The position numbers and the translations under genes are program-made. This document shows, one piece after another, positions 16,267-17,497 of a DNA stretch of 17,497 nucleotides. The stretch's first letter is position 1. The number at the start of each line of letters is the position of its first letter. Source of the stretch: Candidatus Sericytochromatia bacterium. Its GTDB lineage: Bacteria > Cyanobacteriota > Sericytochromatia > S15B-MN24 > VGJW01. The notes under the pieces were generated by a model that did no database searches, was not told where the DNA came from, and worked only from the letters and a program-made list of their open reading frames with translations. The stretch is from the NCBI GenBank assembly GCA_035285865.1, contig JAYKHS010000009.1, positions 1 through 17,497 on the forward strand, in the 5' to 3' direction.

Positions 16267-16364
16267 ACATGATGCGAAACGTCGATCCCAGCGGGTCCCG
16301 TTCCTGAAGAGGGCGGGTCCTTCATTATAAGGGGGCAGGCGGTTCGCAGCCCTGTTGGTTCCGG

Positions 16365-16437
16365 GCGGCGTTAGTTCAGGTGGTAGAACGGCGGTCTCCA
16401 AAACCGCATGTCGTGGGTTCGAGTCCTACACGCCGCG
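16365..16437 (+). tRNA. tRNA-Trp(CCA)
   Basis: GCGGCGTTAGTTCAGGTGGTAGAACGGCGGTCTCCAAAACCGCATGTCGTGGGTTCGAGTCCTACACGCCGCG. Acceptor stem GCGGCGT/ACGCCGC, anticodon arm GCGGT-CT-CCA-AA-ACCGC, canonical position before secE. Followed by CCT, not CCA. Confidence 0.97.
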
Positions 16438-16467
16438 CCTCCAACTTTTTCCTTTCGGGTGTTCCCT

Positions 16468-16779
16468 TTGTCTGATTCGTCTTCCCTTCCTCCGTCCGGT
16501 CCTGTCGAGACCGGCTCGGCTTCGCCTGCGGAGCCAGTGGATCGGGCGCTTCAGCTCAAGGGCTTCTCCCTGCCGGCCTTTGGCCCTTCGATGGGCAAGG
16601 CGGGCACTTTCCTCTCCGAGGTCGGCGCCGAGTTCCAGAAGATCAGCTGGCCGACCCGGCGTCAGGTCGTCGTGGAAACCTTGGTCGTCATCTTCGTCTG
16701 TGCGTTCCTGACGGCGCTGGTGATGGCCTACGACTGGGTCCTCACGCGCCTGGCGAACGCCGTCTTCTATGGCCAGTAG
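16468..16779 (+). CDS. secE: Preprotein translocase subunit SecE
   Basis: FLSEVGAEFQKISWPTRRQVVVETLVVI followed by one TM helix, between tRNA-Trp and nusG. Start uncertain: TTG 16468 chosen, GTG 16537 and ATG 16591 are alternatives; ATG 16408 lies inside the tRNA. Confidence 0.9.
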   Translation: MSDSSSLPPSGPVETGSASPAEPVDRALQLKGFSLPAFGPSMGKAGTFLSEVGAEFQKISWPTRRQVVVETLVVIFVCAFLTALVMAYDWVLTRLANAVFYGQ

Positions 16780-16805
16780 GCCGTCCCAGCACCAGAGGTC
16801 CGATC

Positions 16806-17366
16806 ATGCAGGCCGAGCGCAAGTGGTTCGTCATCAACACTTACTCCGGATACGAGGAGCGGGTTCGTGAGAACCTCATCCGTCGCGTGGAGTCGATGGG
16901 GATGGAGGATCGCATCTTCCACGTCGAAGTCCCCGAGGAAATGGTCGTCGACTACAAGGATGGCAAGCGCGTCGAGCGCCCCCGCAAGGTGTTCCCCGGC
17001 TACGTCCTGGTCGAGATGAGCGTCGCCGGCGGCAAGATCGACGACGAGGCATGGCACGTCGTGCGCAACACGCCCGGCGTGACCTCGTTCGTGGGGTCGT
17101 CCTCGGGCGCCGTCTCCAAGCCGACGCCGCTCTCCCCCAGCGAAGTCCGCAAGATCTTCCGGCGCTCGGCCCAGAAGGCCCGTGCCCAGGTCGATTTCGA
17201 GGCGGGCGATCACGTCAAGGTCATCGGTGGACCCTTCGCCGACTTCGCCGGAGACATCGTCGAGGTCAGCCATGAGCGCGGCAAGGTCAAGGTCACCGTG
17301 CCGGTCTTCGGTCGCCTGACTCCGGTCGAACTCGAGTTCAGCCAGATTCAGAAGGTCGCCAAATAA
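16806..17366 (+). CDS. nusG: Transcription termination/antitermination factor NusG
   Basis: WFVINTYSGYEERV, KVFPGYVLVEM, WHVVRNTPGVTSFVG, KOW domain GDHVKVIGGPFADF.G, FGRLTPVELEFSQI. Confidence 0.98.
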   Translation: MQAERKWFVINTYSGYEERVRENLIRRVESMGMEDRIFHVEVPEEMVVDYKDGKRVERPRKVFPGYVLVEMSVAGGKIDDEAWHVVRNTPGVTSFVGSSSGAVSKPTPLSPSEVRKIFRRSAQKARAQVDFEAGDHVKVIGGPFADFAGDIVEVSHERGKVKVTVPVFGRLTPVELEFSQIQKVAK

Positions 17367-17404
17367 GTTTCCCTACCCCCCAAGGTCCAGAAGGCAAGGA
17401 TTGA

Positions 17405-17497
<93 letters not shown>

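Noticed and set aside
16263..16278. TCGAAC-ATGA-TGCGAA as a second SOS box
   Set aside because: Only the left half-site matches; the right half lacks GTWC.

Overview
A high-GC, gene-dense, mostly core-genome bacterial window. In order: the 3' end of rpoD (+), tRNA-Asn (-), a degenerate LCP-family membrane protein and an orphan LolD/MacB-type ABC ATPase (+), then a long minus-strand run remA(DUF370)-gmk-rpoZ-coaBC-priA-second sigma70-recA. Divergent from that run are a ~638-aa uncharacterised Pro-rich protein, panB and miaB (+). These face GT2 glycosyltransferase, speD-like decarboxylase and UDPGP-family nucleotidyltransferase genes (-). The window ends with tRNA-Trp-secE-nusG-rplK (+, partial). 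I see no integrase, transposase, CRISPR array or recognisable defence system. The best novelty candidates are: (1) the 9392-11308 protein, whose single Cys plus distant His/Asp motifs suggest a split papain-like peptidase behind a Pro-rich linker; (2) an LCP homologue that appears to have lost its catalytic residues and is coupled to a permease-less ABC ATPase; (3) an extra RpoD-like sigma factor between priA and recA; (4) a clear recA promoter with a GAAC-N4-GTWC LexA box. Protein signatures suggest a non-photosynthetic relative of Cyanobacteria (e.g. Sericytochromatia), but this is inference. All calls come from motif recognition by eye; no searches were run.
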